A stretch of DNA of 63,883 nucleotides, counting the filler, from Circinaria calcarea (lineage: Eukaryota): the NCBI GenBank assembly GCA_051942165.1. It is 17 parts of 17 records of this genome, joined end to end, with 100 filler letters (N's around TTAATTAATTAA, not from the genome) between each part and the next. Parts side by side here need not be neighbours in the genome. Positions count along the whole stretch, not along the records: positions 48,959 to 52,616 come from JAVECS010002691.1; positions 52,717 to 56,374 come from JAVECS010002692.1; positions 56,475 to 60,129 come from JAVECS010002693.1; positions 60,230 to 63,883 come from JAVECS010002694.1; 13 more parts are not named here. One strand, written 5' to 3'. Numbering within the stretch: the stretch's first letter is position 1; each line of letters begins with the position of its first letter. Position numbers and translations under genes: made by a program. Under the pieces are notes generated by a model. It was not told the DNA's origin. It saw nothing but the letters and a program-made list of their open reading frames with translations, and did not search any database. Of this stretch, positions 49,264-61,128 are shown in pieces.

Positions 49264-50410
49264 AGTGTGAGCTTTACTATAGGTAAATAAGTGGATACGG
49301 TTTTGGATGAAGGGTATTAGATTTAGTGATTGGTTGGTAAGAATGAAATAAGTAATCAGGGTTTCTTATTTAGATTGAATAAAGGAGAATAGTCGAGGTA
49401 CGTGAAGTTCATTTGACTCTTATAAGTTATCAAGGGACATGAAATGAAGCGACAGTGAAGGCCTGAGTCGAGGTGCGAATCAGCTGCGCAGAGACTTTTG
49501 CTTGGAGCAGTTGGAGCTGCTGTTAGAAGGCTTGTTGCTCGAAGAGTTAGACCTTGAAGAGCCTTAGATGGAGAGTTGCCGTATCTCGTCTACACGGGTT
49601 GGCATGAAGCATTACGTTGGAGGGGTTTAGCTATCCAATAGCACATGATAGGGAGTAATAACTCTGGGGTTGGCGAGAACGTTGCGGGCACGTTCCAGAC
49701 TCGAATGTTGGCAGTAAGGAGTATAACAAAATTCTCCGGCATTAACTGCATCACTGCCGGGCGCTAGAATAGCTGGGACGGGCCGTAGTGGCTGCAGGAG
49801 CAGAATAAGGTTTCTTCTGCAATTAACAATGGAGTAATTCCTTCTCTTCGTAATATTGACATTCAACTCATTTGGAGCTCTCTACGCAGATCTGATGCTT
49901 TCTATTAAGGCCGAGCTGTTTACTTCGACCACAGTTGGATGGCTTGCCGGTCGGAAGGCTTGCCGGGCTTATGAATAGTAATCCAAGTCTTTCAATGTGT
50001 ACAAACAATGTATTCTGGGCACGAGTATCACTATCCTTTAGACAACCAACCGGATGTTTCAGGGCTACGGTGCAGTACTGGCTCTACGTCCGGTTATATC
50101 TACAGTTGGCATCTTTGCAGTATTCGGTTCACGCTAGCTTCGAAATTTTCCAACTAGGAAGCCTCTGCATAAGTAAGTTGTCTCTGAGTTTACTTCAAAA
50201 TATATAGCTTAGCAGATTATCTCTCTACAGGCATTTCTTTTATCAATTTAAATGAAAAAGCCGGTCTTTTCGTCACCAAATCCATACTCGGCATTTCATC
50301 ACCTTTTCCCGTTTCACCTCTCTCGTGTTGGTCTTGCCTCAAGCCATAGTTATTCTCTAGCTCGTTTTCAAATCCCCCATTCCTCTCGAACCTTTGGAGC
50401 TTAATCCACT

Positions 50411-51134
50411 ATAAAGGTCATCAATGTTCTACTGGGCTTTGCTGCCGTGACTGCTGCTTTCCCATCTCAACTCTATAACAGAGACCTGGATCTGTCCAGC
50501 CATCTCCAGCTGAGAAGAGATACAGGCGCCTTAGCCGCCTTTAGTGCTTATCTGTCGAAACGGGACGCATACCTGCGTAAGCGTGAAGCCTACCTAGTGG
50601 CACGTACTCCGAACAAGGCTCATTTCGCCAAGAGAACTCTTTCCCATCCGCCTGCGAAGTCCTACACATGTGGAAGTATGTCTCTTTATTCCATCTAAAG
50701 GCTACCCTCTAACAAGAGTTCCTTATAGCTGTATCGTTCGCACCTACGGCCATCACAGCAGCCATAGAACAGGGCATGAAGCTCCATGATAGTAAAACCT
50801 TTCTAATGAGCGTGCCTGAATATCATAAGGATGATAAATTAGCCTGTATTCTTCCGTTGACCAAGATTAAATGCTAACCCAACATGCATTAGTCAAATTC
50901 TGTATGCCCAAGGATTTCGGCAACCACGAAACACTGAGCTTCCCAAACTGCGCTGGGAAGCCCTTAACCGAATTTCCAATCCTGAGCAAGGGCGGAGTTT
51001 TTCCCGGAGGTCGAGAAGCCGGTTAAGATGAACCCGCTCGCGTAATTTTCGCGGTCAATAATGCATCGGCGACTTTCTGTGGCTTGACCTATCACGATAG
51101 GGCGAAGATAGGTGGAGTTGCTCCTTGTAAATAG
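50411..51134 (+). pseudogene. Secreted RNase T1/N1-family ribonuclease pseudogene, 3 exons
   Basis: Signal peptide begins ATA-KVINVLLGFAAVTAA, KR-rich propeptide, SYTCG, PKDFGNHETLSFPNC, LTEFPIL, G*DEPARVIF, FCGLTYH and terminal C. Catalytic E, R and H are in place, with TAA at 51024-51026. Confidence 0.85.
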
Positions 51135-52269
51135 TCTTCAAAGTGTTAAGCTATATGTATGGGGTGCGTGTCTGTATTGTTGCCGGTTCGACCAGGTACT
51201 ATACAATGCTCGATTTGGTCAACAGCTAGTGGGTAGGTAGCTCGAGGCGGTTTCATCTACGAGGGCGATAAGAATCTATAATTTCGGCTATCACATTCAC
51301 ACAACCTGGATCCAGTGACAGCTGCAATGCAACGGACCATCTGATAGTGACAAGCTTCGCAAGTTTCCGAAATTTCAATTGGTAATCCACGACAGATTCG
51401 AGGCATCAGAACATCTTATTGAGTCGAGGAAAAGTTTCAGCTTCTGTAACAACTAATGTTTAATATATGCCGGAATTTATATTGGCATCGTTACTCTGGT
51501 ATATATATTATGTATCTCAGATACTTTATGAAGATGGAAGAATATATGGGCAGAGCTGCATATTTGAACTAATGTAATGATTGATAGTGGGTAATAGGGA
51601 TATAAATCCTGAAGGGTTTGGTTAAGTCACGTGACACACGCCAATAGTGTAGTTTGAATACAGCCTCCGTCGCGTTTCATGCGGCTGAATCGTGAGAGCT
51701 TTGGCGGAAGAGGCAAAAAGCACACGCACGTGTGTCTCAAAACCGGGTTTTAAACTGGATGTCTCCCCACCACCAACCGGAAGAAATACAGACAAGAGAG
51801 ACTAGATCACACCCCGGTGCATGCTTGAAAAGGGTGAAATGAAAAAGAAAAACGAGAAGAAAGAAACCAAAAAAGAGGATACGCACCCCCAGGTTTTCCG
51901 ACTATTGGGTCCTTTGCAGGTTTGGGCTTTTCCCTCCTTCTCCTCCCGGAGCGAGAACACGGAATTAGAGGAATCTATCATGCGTAGAAAACAGGAAGAG
52001 AACCAAAGGGATTTCTTGAGTATGATGTCTACGGTTAGTTCGACCTTACCATAGATGTTAGTTCCCGGTTCGAAATGAGTGGCGAAGATGCGAAAAAGGA
52101 GGGTAGGCAAATCATGCGAAACAAACAACTTTGTATAGAGAAGAAAGCAAGGAAGCTATCTCTTCCTGCCGCCAATCATATCAAAATCCAAGTTAAACGG
52201 CTATCTGGACCGCGACACGAACGAATCCCAGCTCGGTATTCAATAAAGAATAACGATTTGTGCTACCAG

Positions 52270-52616
52270 ATCTAATAACGAAATAAGATATTAATAATAT
52301 ATATAAGGTATAGCTCTGTCTATCCAGTACTTCGTATAGATAATTTAATCTATAATTTCGCTTTCGGCCCTTCGATATTAAATAGGAATAAATCGCGAAT
52401 ATCGCCTGCCGCCTTGTTGAGATAGAAACTCATACGCTCGCTACCGAGACCTTTATTAACGATATTGAATTAGATATTATAAATATTATATCGAGAATCA
52501 GTAACCACGGGATCCGAAACGCGATCTGAGGGAAAATTCTAAACTGGATTAAAAAATAAGGAAAAAGCTTACTTTATTTTATTAATTATATATATAATAC
52601 TAAATTTATTATTTAT
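52270..52616. repeat. AT/TpA-rich RIP-like relic at the contig end
   Basis: Stop-dense and TA-rich with retained CG dinucleotides. The left boundary is approximate. Confidence 0.55.
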
Positions 52617-54715
52617 NNNNNNNNNNNNNNNNNNNNNNNNNNNNNNNNNNNNNNNNNNNNTTAATTAATTAANNNNNNNNNNNNNNNNNNNNNNNNNNNN
52701 NNNNNNNNNNNNNNNNAGGAGTTCGTATTGATTGAGTAGCAAGAAAAATATCCCGAGGCGCGTTCTCCTGTGTAAATTCTACCATAGCTTCTGTTTAAAG
52801 TATACGTCAAAAGGGCGATAATACATTTCATGGGTAGTAGATCTTAGTGCAATATCAATACTAGACTGTTATAATCTAATTACATCGTAATTTGCTTGTA
52901 AAATGTAATGGTAGATGTCGAGTTATAGGTGGGGCGAAATTTTTCGCCCGCTACTCAATTAATACGTACGAACTCCTTCGTAGACAGGGACGACCGCTAA
53001 ATCAAATCGAGTCAATGCAGCCACTTCGGAGAAGATTATTGATGGGGAGAATGAGTCACACTAAAGGATTCGGTCCAAAACGAAAGGGAGAAGATGTTAG
53101 ATGGCGGTGGCCCTCCGTACCTTTAGGTCCTTCGCCCCGAGAGTCATCTCGTGTCGATCCCTTCGGAGATTTCGCTTTGGTGCTTGAACGGAGGATCAAA
53201 GGTCCAACGGGAAGAAAGCAAGAAGAATGTCGCGAGGCAATGTACGGATCATCAGAGCTGAGGGGGGTGGCGAAGTTGATCTCCCGCACTTTACTCCGTG
53301 TTCGACCTACCCCCTGGGAACGGTGTGTCTGTGCTTCGAGGCTTAGATTCGGAAAGTATAGCTCAATGAGGAGAGGTTCAGTCGGACCTGGGATAACGGC
53401 AACAGACATGGTAGTTCAGACGTCGTTGCGGAAATCGCTGTCGTTGTTCTTCTCGTGCTTTATTCCATGGCGTACTGGCATTGCACCGTGGAGAAGTGTC
53501 CTTACCGACCTGTAGAAGAAGACTGGTTTACTCCCCGATCAAACGGGACATCAACCGGTCGTTACATGGCTTCGCCAGAAGATGCCGTCGGTTGCAGGCT
53601 TGGCGAGGAACACATGCTGGATCACAGTCGTAGAAGACGCATGGCGGGAGTTTGGGGATTGCAGGTCTAAGACATAGCAGCTCCAAGCGAATGAGACCAT
53701 GCGCAAGGGAACATAGCACGGCCAATCAGCACGCGATCAGAGACTACTCGAGATTGGCCTTCATGCCGGAAATTCAACGGCGCCCGTGGGTGCTGTCCAT
53801 TAGTGACTATGCACATTACTCCTTCGAGACATGGAGGGGTTCCCGCTCTTCAGACTTCAACCTCCGGACGGGATTCTCAAGCGATGTCGACAGCCTCAGC
53901 TGCTGGGTGTGTGCAGCGCTAAACAGTCGCTGTCGACACCGGCCGTGGTCATTTGCTACTGGGGGGGGGGGGCCTCCCAGAATCCCAATGCGGCTCCCAC
54001 TTTCCGCCCGCTGTCTTCGGAAACCCCTGCCTGTGTGCTCGATATAACAGCCCAAGGCGTGGCCTCTGCAGATTCCCTGAGTTTCAGGCGCACGCTCAAA
54101 CGTGTGCTGTAGCTTCTCATTGGATAAGCGCATATCGAACCGTCTGTTCGCCTCTCCGTGGGAAGCCTATATTGTGGATTATGCAGACAACGAATATGCA
54201 GCGACGATCTCTCATATTCATCCTTCCCATCCACCCTCCCACCCCCCTGCTTGACTGCTATTCTGGGTTCCCCTCCCTTCGAAAAAGGCTTCCACCGCTC
54301 CCCTTGCTGCCTTGTTCCCGCTTCCTCTGCGGCAATCTTCCCGCCAATCGTCTTCATCGCCTCTATCCATGGACATCTGTTTGGCTGCCTGTCCTACATA
54401 TTGCGTGTGTAGGCGGTGTCACCTAACCCACCTCTATATGAGAGACTGGACAGCCGCTGCACTGTTTGTTCTTGGATGCTGTGGTTAGCTGGCCTGACCA
54501 CTGGATGATTTCCAGTGCATCCGTCTATATTGCCGTGGTTTGATACACTACTCCCGCTCCGTCATCTTCATGTGCATCCGAGGCGCCGTCAGATTATTTC
54601 CTTCACTACAAACCATCCCCCAAGGCATACACCGCCTATCCTGTTCGACCAGCCTCGAGAAAGGATTTTGAATCTCGAGGTCGTGGGCTCCTGATGCGCA
54701 ACAGATAGCAAAAAC

Positions 54716-56311
54716 ATGAGTGCCAGGTCGACTCATTACCGTTTCAGTATTACGAGAGCCTCGCCCGACAGTTCGAAGGCGTTGAGTTCGAAGAAGCACA
54801 AGACTAATGGCTTCAGAGGGACCATACGGAAGCTCTTTGGCAGGAAGTCGGTCAAAAGCCAGATCAGTCTACCGACACCGGCAATATATCTGGGCCACGT
54901 AAGCTGCCGAGGCCCTATTTACTTCTATCCTAATGACAGCTACTAGGACTCGACCACTTTCATCACCTCGGCCACAGACTACAAGGACCAACGGGCAGTC
55001 TCTCTACCTGCACTCGAGATTTCCCGTACAAGTGCTCTAGGATCACACTGCCCACTAGCTGCCTCACCGCGGAAAGTCCCCGAAGAAAGCAACGGTGATC
55101 CCGTCACCAAAACACCATCAAGGCCCCGGCGGGCCACTCTACCAAGTGTAATTGTCGACATCCAAGACCGGGAGACTCTCCACTCAGTCCTCGGCCAAGA
55201 ACAACCAGAGGGAACCTCTCAAGATGCCAATAATGAACCCATCGGGTTCGCCGTCACAAGTGGATCAAATCCCAAAAGACGGTCAAAGAGTGCTGATCAG
55301 TTGTATGATATTGCGAAGTCTCATCGCATGTCCCCCATCCAATGGAGACGGTGGAGGAGAAGAAGTGATGAGATAGCCTGTTGGCGAGACAGCATCGAGC
55401 ATGGTCCTGCTCATGACGCTACCCTCGGTCCAGCAGCAGTACAACCTAACCACGACCAAAAGCATCTGCATATCCTAGACGAGGATACGCAAGTCCTCGA
55501 CGGACAGCTGAGCTCGAACGACCCAAATACATTCGATTTTGGAATACTCGCGAATACAATCCACGATCAGGAGCATATCCCACTCGAGGAGAGGGTAGTC
55601 ACGGTAGAGATCAAGCTAATCGATCTCGAATACGCCATTTCCAGACTTCAAGCACGGACGCCAACTCCGGTTGAGGGAGATTTACGGAATCGCCGCCCGA
55701 ACATGAGACCTAAAGAACAATGTGCAGAATATGTTCAATCGACCTCGGAACTGGGGCCTTGCCCTTGCGAGTCGTCAGCAAGCTCCACGATTGAATCTCG
55801 AAATATGGATGACTCGGTTGTTGCTGGCTCACATTCCACCCAGCTGACTTTACCCTCCTCGTTGGGCGAGCCGCCTAGTGACGAGAAACTCCGTCCGACC
55901 AGTACAGCGACGACCGTCCGACCTCAAACAGTGATCGAGATGCCGGTTTCCCCGGTTAGAGAAGACGATTCGAAGACTGCCAATCGGTGTAGCCTTACTA
56001 GTGTCATTTCACTCCTTAGACGTGAACAATCGGCCCGTATGCGCCTCGAAGACATTGTTTCGGACCTTCAGCTTCAGTTGAATGATATTAAGTCTTCAAA
56101 TTCACAGAGGCCATATCATCGGTTTTTACACGAGAATCTACGCACTCAAGGGAGCAACGAGTTTCTAGCCTTTCAAGGTGGTAGAACGGGAAGTGACGCC
56201 GATGAAACGGATACAGAGGATGGATTTCTGGATGTATATGAAACACCGAGCGAGCACAAAGAGTTTGAAAGACCTTCCTTTGCGAGCTTGCTAGAGGGGA
56301 AAGCATTTTGA
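54716..56311 (+). CDS. Conserved fungal hypothetical protein (disordered + coiled-coil), 2 exons
   Basis: An intron at about 54899-54947 joins FRGTIRKLFGRK to RPRRATLPS, IGFAVTSGSNPKRRSKSA, HRMSPIQW, LEERVVTVEIKL and LLRREQSARMRLE. Confidence 0.85.
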
Positions 56312-56474
56312 TGTGTGAAGATTGAGATAAATTAATGAAATTTGCTTGGATGCCGGACATCCCTCAAATGCGACNNNNNNNNNNNNNNNNNNNNNNNNNN
56401 NNNNNNNNNNNNNNNNNNTTAATTAATTAANNNNNNNNNNNNNNNNNNNNNNNNNNNNNNNNNNNNNNNNNNNN

Positions 56475-57782
56475 AACAGAGAGAAAACCCCCATCCTCAA
56501 CTTCCCACAGGGGTCCAGCCAAAATATTCCCCATGGGACCAATAATACATGAGCCGCCACGACTGACAAACTCGTCATCTTCATCGCTTGTTGATGCCTG
56601 GTCCGACTTCGCGGAGTAGCTCACGGCTGGTAAGACTATCTCGTGATTATCCTTGGTCTTGGTAATAGTGGATGTTCGCCTTCTTGTAGGACTAGGTTGT
56701 TCTGCCTGACGGTCTTCTTCGTCCTCGACCGCGCTGTCCTTGCCATTCAAGGTTGCACCATTGGTCGAATTGGGCTCAACTTTAGTCCTCTCTGAGACAA
56801 GCCATGTAGCCTCATGATTCTCGTCTACTGCTATATCTGTCGATAGTCGTCGATCAGACGCATTCGAGCCATTAATCGATTTCTCATCTAGAGTGCCCGG
56901 AGCTTTCCCGCTAATCCATGGAGGAAGGTTTCTCCTTCTCATACATTGGTTCGCACTAAGTACAAATGCCCTACTCTCGAATCCAATGGTTTGCATTAGA
57001 GGAGCCCAGGTATCTCGAGCATCTGCCGTCGGCGCTAGGTATAGATTGACGTTCTGGGAGTATAGAGAGTATCTACCAAGATTAGCTTGGAGAAAAGTGT
57101 AATAACTGCTTAGTTCTTTACCTGAGTAGAGGCATGTAGTTTTCCCAGCAAATCGCAGCCGCGATAATCAAATCTACACCGGCAATTGTGGTAGTAATCG
57201 CTCTGAGCGTTGAAGGGGAGCCTTGCGCCCAAACCAGCCGCTCACTTCCCGTCTGTAACTCCGTTAGAATGCACCAGGGCCATATTTCATCGAGTGTGCA
57301 CTCACAGGCATCACTTTCCTCCTCTTCCCCAACACGCCCAATCTCGGACAGATGTAGAGTGCAGCGCAATACAAGCTCCCTCCCGCCCTTTCAATAAGAC
57401 CTGTAACCACGAATACCCCAGTGTCTTTGGCTACTTTCTCGAGGTATTCTCTCGTCCCATCCCCTCTATAATCTTTTCCCTTCCCTTTTGGTAATCTCCT
57501 CTCCACCCAGTCATCCCCAGCACCAATGGGGGTGTCACCTAAATCGACGGCATTATGGAAGTATTGGAGGAACTGCTCGCGACCGGAAGGATCACGTCCA
57601 CCTACGGCAGAGCCGAATGAGCATGTTCGTGGATAGCCACCAAGGTAGGCTTCGGGAAATAGGATGAGGTTTACGCCTTCCTCTGCTGCACGGTGTGTAG
57701 TTTCTGACAGGGCTTCGAGAGTTTCCTGGGTTGTATTAAGGGTACGTGATTGAGCGCTCGCTAATTTAAGAGTTCGTGGCAT
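56475..57782 (-). CDS. Nitrilase-family carbon-nitrogen hydrolase, 3 exons, 3'-truncated
   Basis: [37 protein letters not shown] (E-K-C triad) and [10 protein letters not shown]. Confidence 0.93.
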
Positions 57783-58419
57783 TATTAGTTAATCCGATGA
57801 TACGAAGATGGCGTAGGGAAAGCCTATGGGGTATTGGGCAATCAATTTATGTTCTTAACTGGATCTCCCTTTTGCGGGGAATAAGCCTCGGACAGATTAA
57901 ATCAGATTAGATCTCGATTAGGGCTCCAGCGCTTTACCAGCCAATCACCTTATCTAGGCGTGCTAAGGTCCGCTAAATATTTGTGATTACTTTGACCCAA
58001 TACCAAAAGTTTGCAACGCTGGTCGGCGTCAAGAGGATACCGATACGTTTCTATGGAAAAGCAATACACATATCACTTGGTGTATTTCGAGCCTTATGGC
58101 AGCAGATGCAAAGAAAGGATGACTGGGTAAACATATTTCAAACAGAAGCTACCATGATGGCTAGAGTGCAGGTCTTTAGAGGAAAGTTTAGGCACCGACA
58201 ATCAAGGTCACTGTAGGGAGATTAACTGCACATGCATCGATCTATTAACACCTTCATCTAATAATATACTCGTATGCTGACTGACACGACACTACCGGGT
58301 CGAGGAAGTAACAGGCATTTGGAAAAACCATTCTCCACATGGATGATGACTCCTAGTTGTAATTAGAAAGCTTGAACAGCATAAGCTCAAATAAAGCTGT
58401 ATATCCTCGAACCCGTATG

Positions 58420-58948
58420 TCACGGACCTGGTTTGCGCAGCGAAAGAGGTCGAAACAGTGACACAAGAAGCGTAGGAGTTGTAGAGCCTTCATGGAGAAC
58501 GCTCCTTAACTCCAGAAATTCGGATGCGTCCTTTAGCCCCGAACTGCCTTCTAATCTGACAACTCCCCCCATCTGATCAAACAAGCTTCGGAACCGTATG
58601 TAGTCGCAGATGGAAAAGCCACACGTAGTTTCAAATTTCTCCATCTGTTTCTCGACCCTCCTTGAAACATTGGCCGATGTGTTTATCCTCGTTTCTATGT
58701 CGTTGACGGTGTTAGGAGATGCAGCAATTGTTGCTTCGAGATTCCTCCTCATATGGTAACCGTAAAATAGGATAACAGAGAGGTTGACTGCACAGACTGC
58801 CACGTGAAGAGAGAAGTTTCGATTATGAGCTGTGATAGCAATGGTCAGTCTTATAGACGTAGTGGCGCTGTAGGGAGCGATGGAACAAACTCCCTAGGAC
58901 CTTCGTGGTTCGCTCAAAAACCCTTGTGAAATTTGCTTTGACAGCCAT
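58420..58948 (-). other. Possible small orphan gene or gene relic (one hydrophobic helix + coiled-coil-like segment)
   Basis: A good branch/acceptor (CTGAC...CAG) precedes the open frame HNRNFSLHVAVCAVNLSVILFYGYHMRR..., but the upstream donor position reads GGAGTT rather than a GT. Confidence 0.3.
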
Positions 58949-59945
58949 GACTAATGAGTAATACCGGCCTTCACCAAAGAAATATCAATAAGAGTAGAAC
59001 TAGGGGGTTTCAAAGAGGGAAAGGATTCAATCACGGAGACCTTTAGATGAAGGAAAACAAATGCTTGAAGGAAGGCGGAGCAGTGATGCTACTTTAGAGG
59101 TAAAGTGTAGTTTTGCGAGCCTTCAGCTAGTTCCCCACCCAAACTTAGTAATTCACGGACTCGAAAGAGCCTAAGACAAGAAAAGCCGTGAAGTAGGAGC
59201 TAGTAGTAGCTAAAATTCAGTTTCCATTAGTTTACATCTTAGCGGACACTGACAGCGAGTATAATGACTCGAACGAACGCCTTGACGATTCCGCTGTTGG
59301 CTCTAGTCGTGCAAAGATATGGCAAAGACAATGAGCTGCCGATATCTTGCGCTCCCGTTCAGCTCGACCAAGTTTGTTCTAGCAACGAGCGTGAATTCCG
59401 AGAGCTGAGCACACCATCGTAGACGTAATAAGAACGATTTCTCTACGAGGCTCTTTACAAGACCCTTTGCAAGACCCGAGGCACGTGTTTTATATAAGCT
59501 TTAGAAAGCTGAGTGCTTTCGAAGAACATCAAGCAATAGATGTAGATGTCACTTATATGTTGAAGTACAGTAAAGCGAGATAGAAAAACAGATTGCGCCT
59601 GTTAATTGAAAATATAACAAGAAGCGGCCTGCACTCATAAGTGGCAAAGAGCCGTTTATTTTTAGACTTCGCATGGCTGGATCGAATCTAAGCGCAACCT
59701 TAATTTCAGCCTCATTATTTAGCGAAGCCTTTAGTTTCAAGGGGAAACCGGTTAACGTCTGTCACGTTTCACGACCACGACCACGGCCACTTTTCATTCT
59801 CATTCACTCGTCGACTGATTTGTTCGCTGTAGATATCTTTTCGGAGTCTTTTGCCATTTCATGTATTCATATAACCTATGGAATTGAGGGCATTCGTATT
59901 GCTCCATCTTCCTTTTCGGCTTTCTCGATTCCGACCCAGGCAGTG

Positions 59946-60129
59946 ATGGCCTTCAACACCCTCCTACCTTCTTCATCTCGCCGTGATATCATCATAATCA
60001 CCACGATCATCTGTCTACTCACTATTATCATATCTTTCCGCTCCGTGTTTTCCGACCATGCGCCTGGACGACCTCACGTTGGGGAACTTCCTAAGTTTGG
60101 CAATCCCCCGAAGCCGTCTAGCCCTCCCC
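59946..60129 (+). CDS. N-terminus of a type II membrane/secretory protein, truncated
   Basis: MAFNTLLPSSSRRDIIIITTIICLLTIIISF followed by a Pro-rich stem, open to the contig end. Confidence 0.55.
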
Positions 60130-61128
60130 NNNNNNNNNNNNNNNNNNNNNNNNNNNNNNNNNNNNNNNNNNNNTTAATTAATTAANNNNNNNNNNNNNNN
60201 NNNNNNNNNNNNNNNNNNNNNNNNNNNNNGAAATAATCTAGGGTATTTTACCAGCTAGGGATGACTGCTAGGGTGCATTAGGCGAGGAAGTTGGAAGTTG
60301 GCATCTTTTCCATATGTCGACGAGCAAAGAAAAAGTCGCCGGCGAACACCATCAGAAATAACAAAACCCAAGCGGGGATGCTGCCTGATCTGTTCTACCG
60401 AGTGATTGTAAGTTGACAAACTGACAGGTCGTGCAATGCGTTGCCGCAACTGGGGTTTACCTTTCCCCCAAAAACCCGCGGCGAGTGCTCTTCAATCCCG
60501 TGTCTTTTCTGAATCTCCTCTCCCTTCCCTTCCCGAATTGAACCCCCTTTGATCTGGAATACGTGCACAGTTCGCTTTGCCTATGTTTCGCATTCGCGGG
60601 GGAGGTTCGATTTATCTCCGTCTATCTGTGTGTCACTCTTCGATGGCCCTATGGGACGGGCTCCCCGTGGCACTCAAGATTTTGCTATGCTGAGATTCGA
60701 TATCGAGATCAAATGCCCCCTTTTTTGGTATATATTAGTCGTTGGAAAGCACCCCCCGCCCCGGAGCCCTGCTTCCCGGATTTGTTTCGCCTCGCGCTCT
60801 CACCCAATGCAAGGCAGACAGCTGGCTAAGCCTCGAACCGCAGCATCAAGGCGAACCTATAAAGCGCAAAGAATCACCTGCTGATACCCTATTCTCTCTG
60901 TTCATTCGCTATAGACGCGACTGACCGGAGGATCCACAGCATGCACGCTGCCGGGGCTGTGCAGTAGAAGGCTGCCTTGGGATATTATAAGGAATGCCAG
61001 ATCCGCGCTCGATCTCAAAGGAGACCAACCTACCTGCCCCGATAATGATGAGTTTTGGATTTATTCTCTGTATCATATCAAACTGTCTAAAGTTAATTCT
61101 TAATTAAAGTAAATAAGTTTCCGGAGCC

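Noticed and set aside
45787..51026. TAA-to-Gln reassignment or readthrough explaining three in-frame TAA codons
   Set aside because: TAA is the normal terminator of TSR1, ADI1 and the MDR gene here, and two of the affected genes carry other lesions. Mutation is the simpler explanation.
43391..51134. Nuclease-like gene, REase relic and RNase as one toxin/effector island
   Set aside because: They lie on three separate contigs that are adjacent only because of length sorting.
52892..54426. Overlapping 100-200 aa ORFs on both strands
   Set aside because: No recognisable motifs, mostly non-ATG starts and Arg/Ser/Pro-rich random composition. Probably upstream non-coding DNA.
3674..60229. Regularly spaced TTAATTAATTAA motif as a biological repeat or CRISPR-like array
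   Set aside because: It is always embedded in 44+44 N and is an assembly linker. ORF ends such as XXXLIN are artefacts of it.
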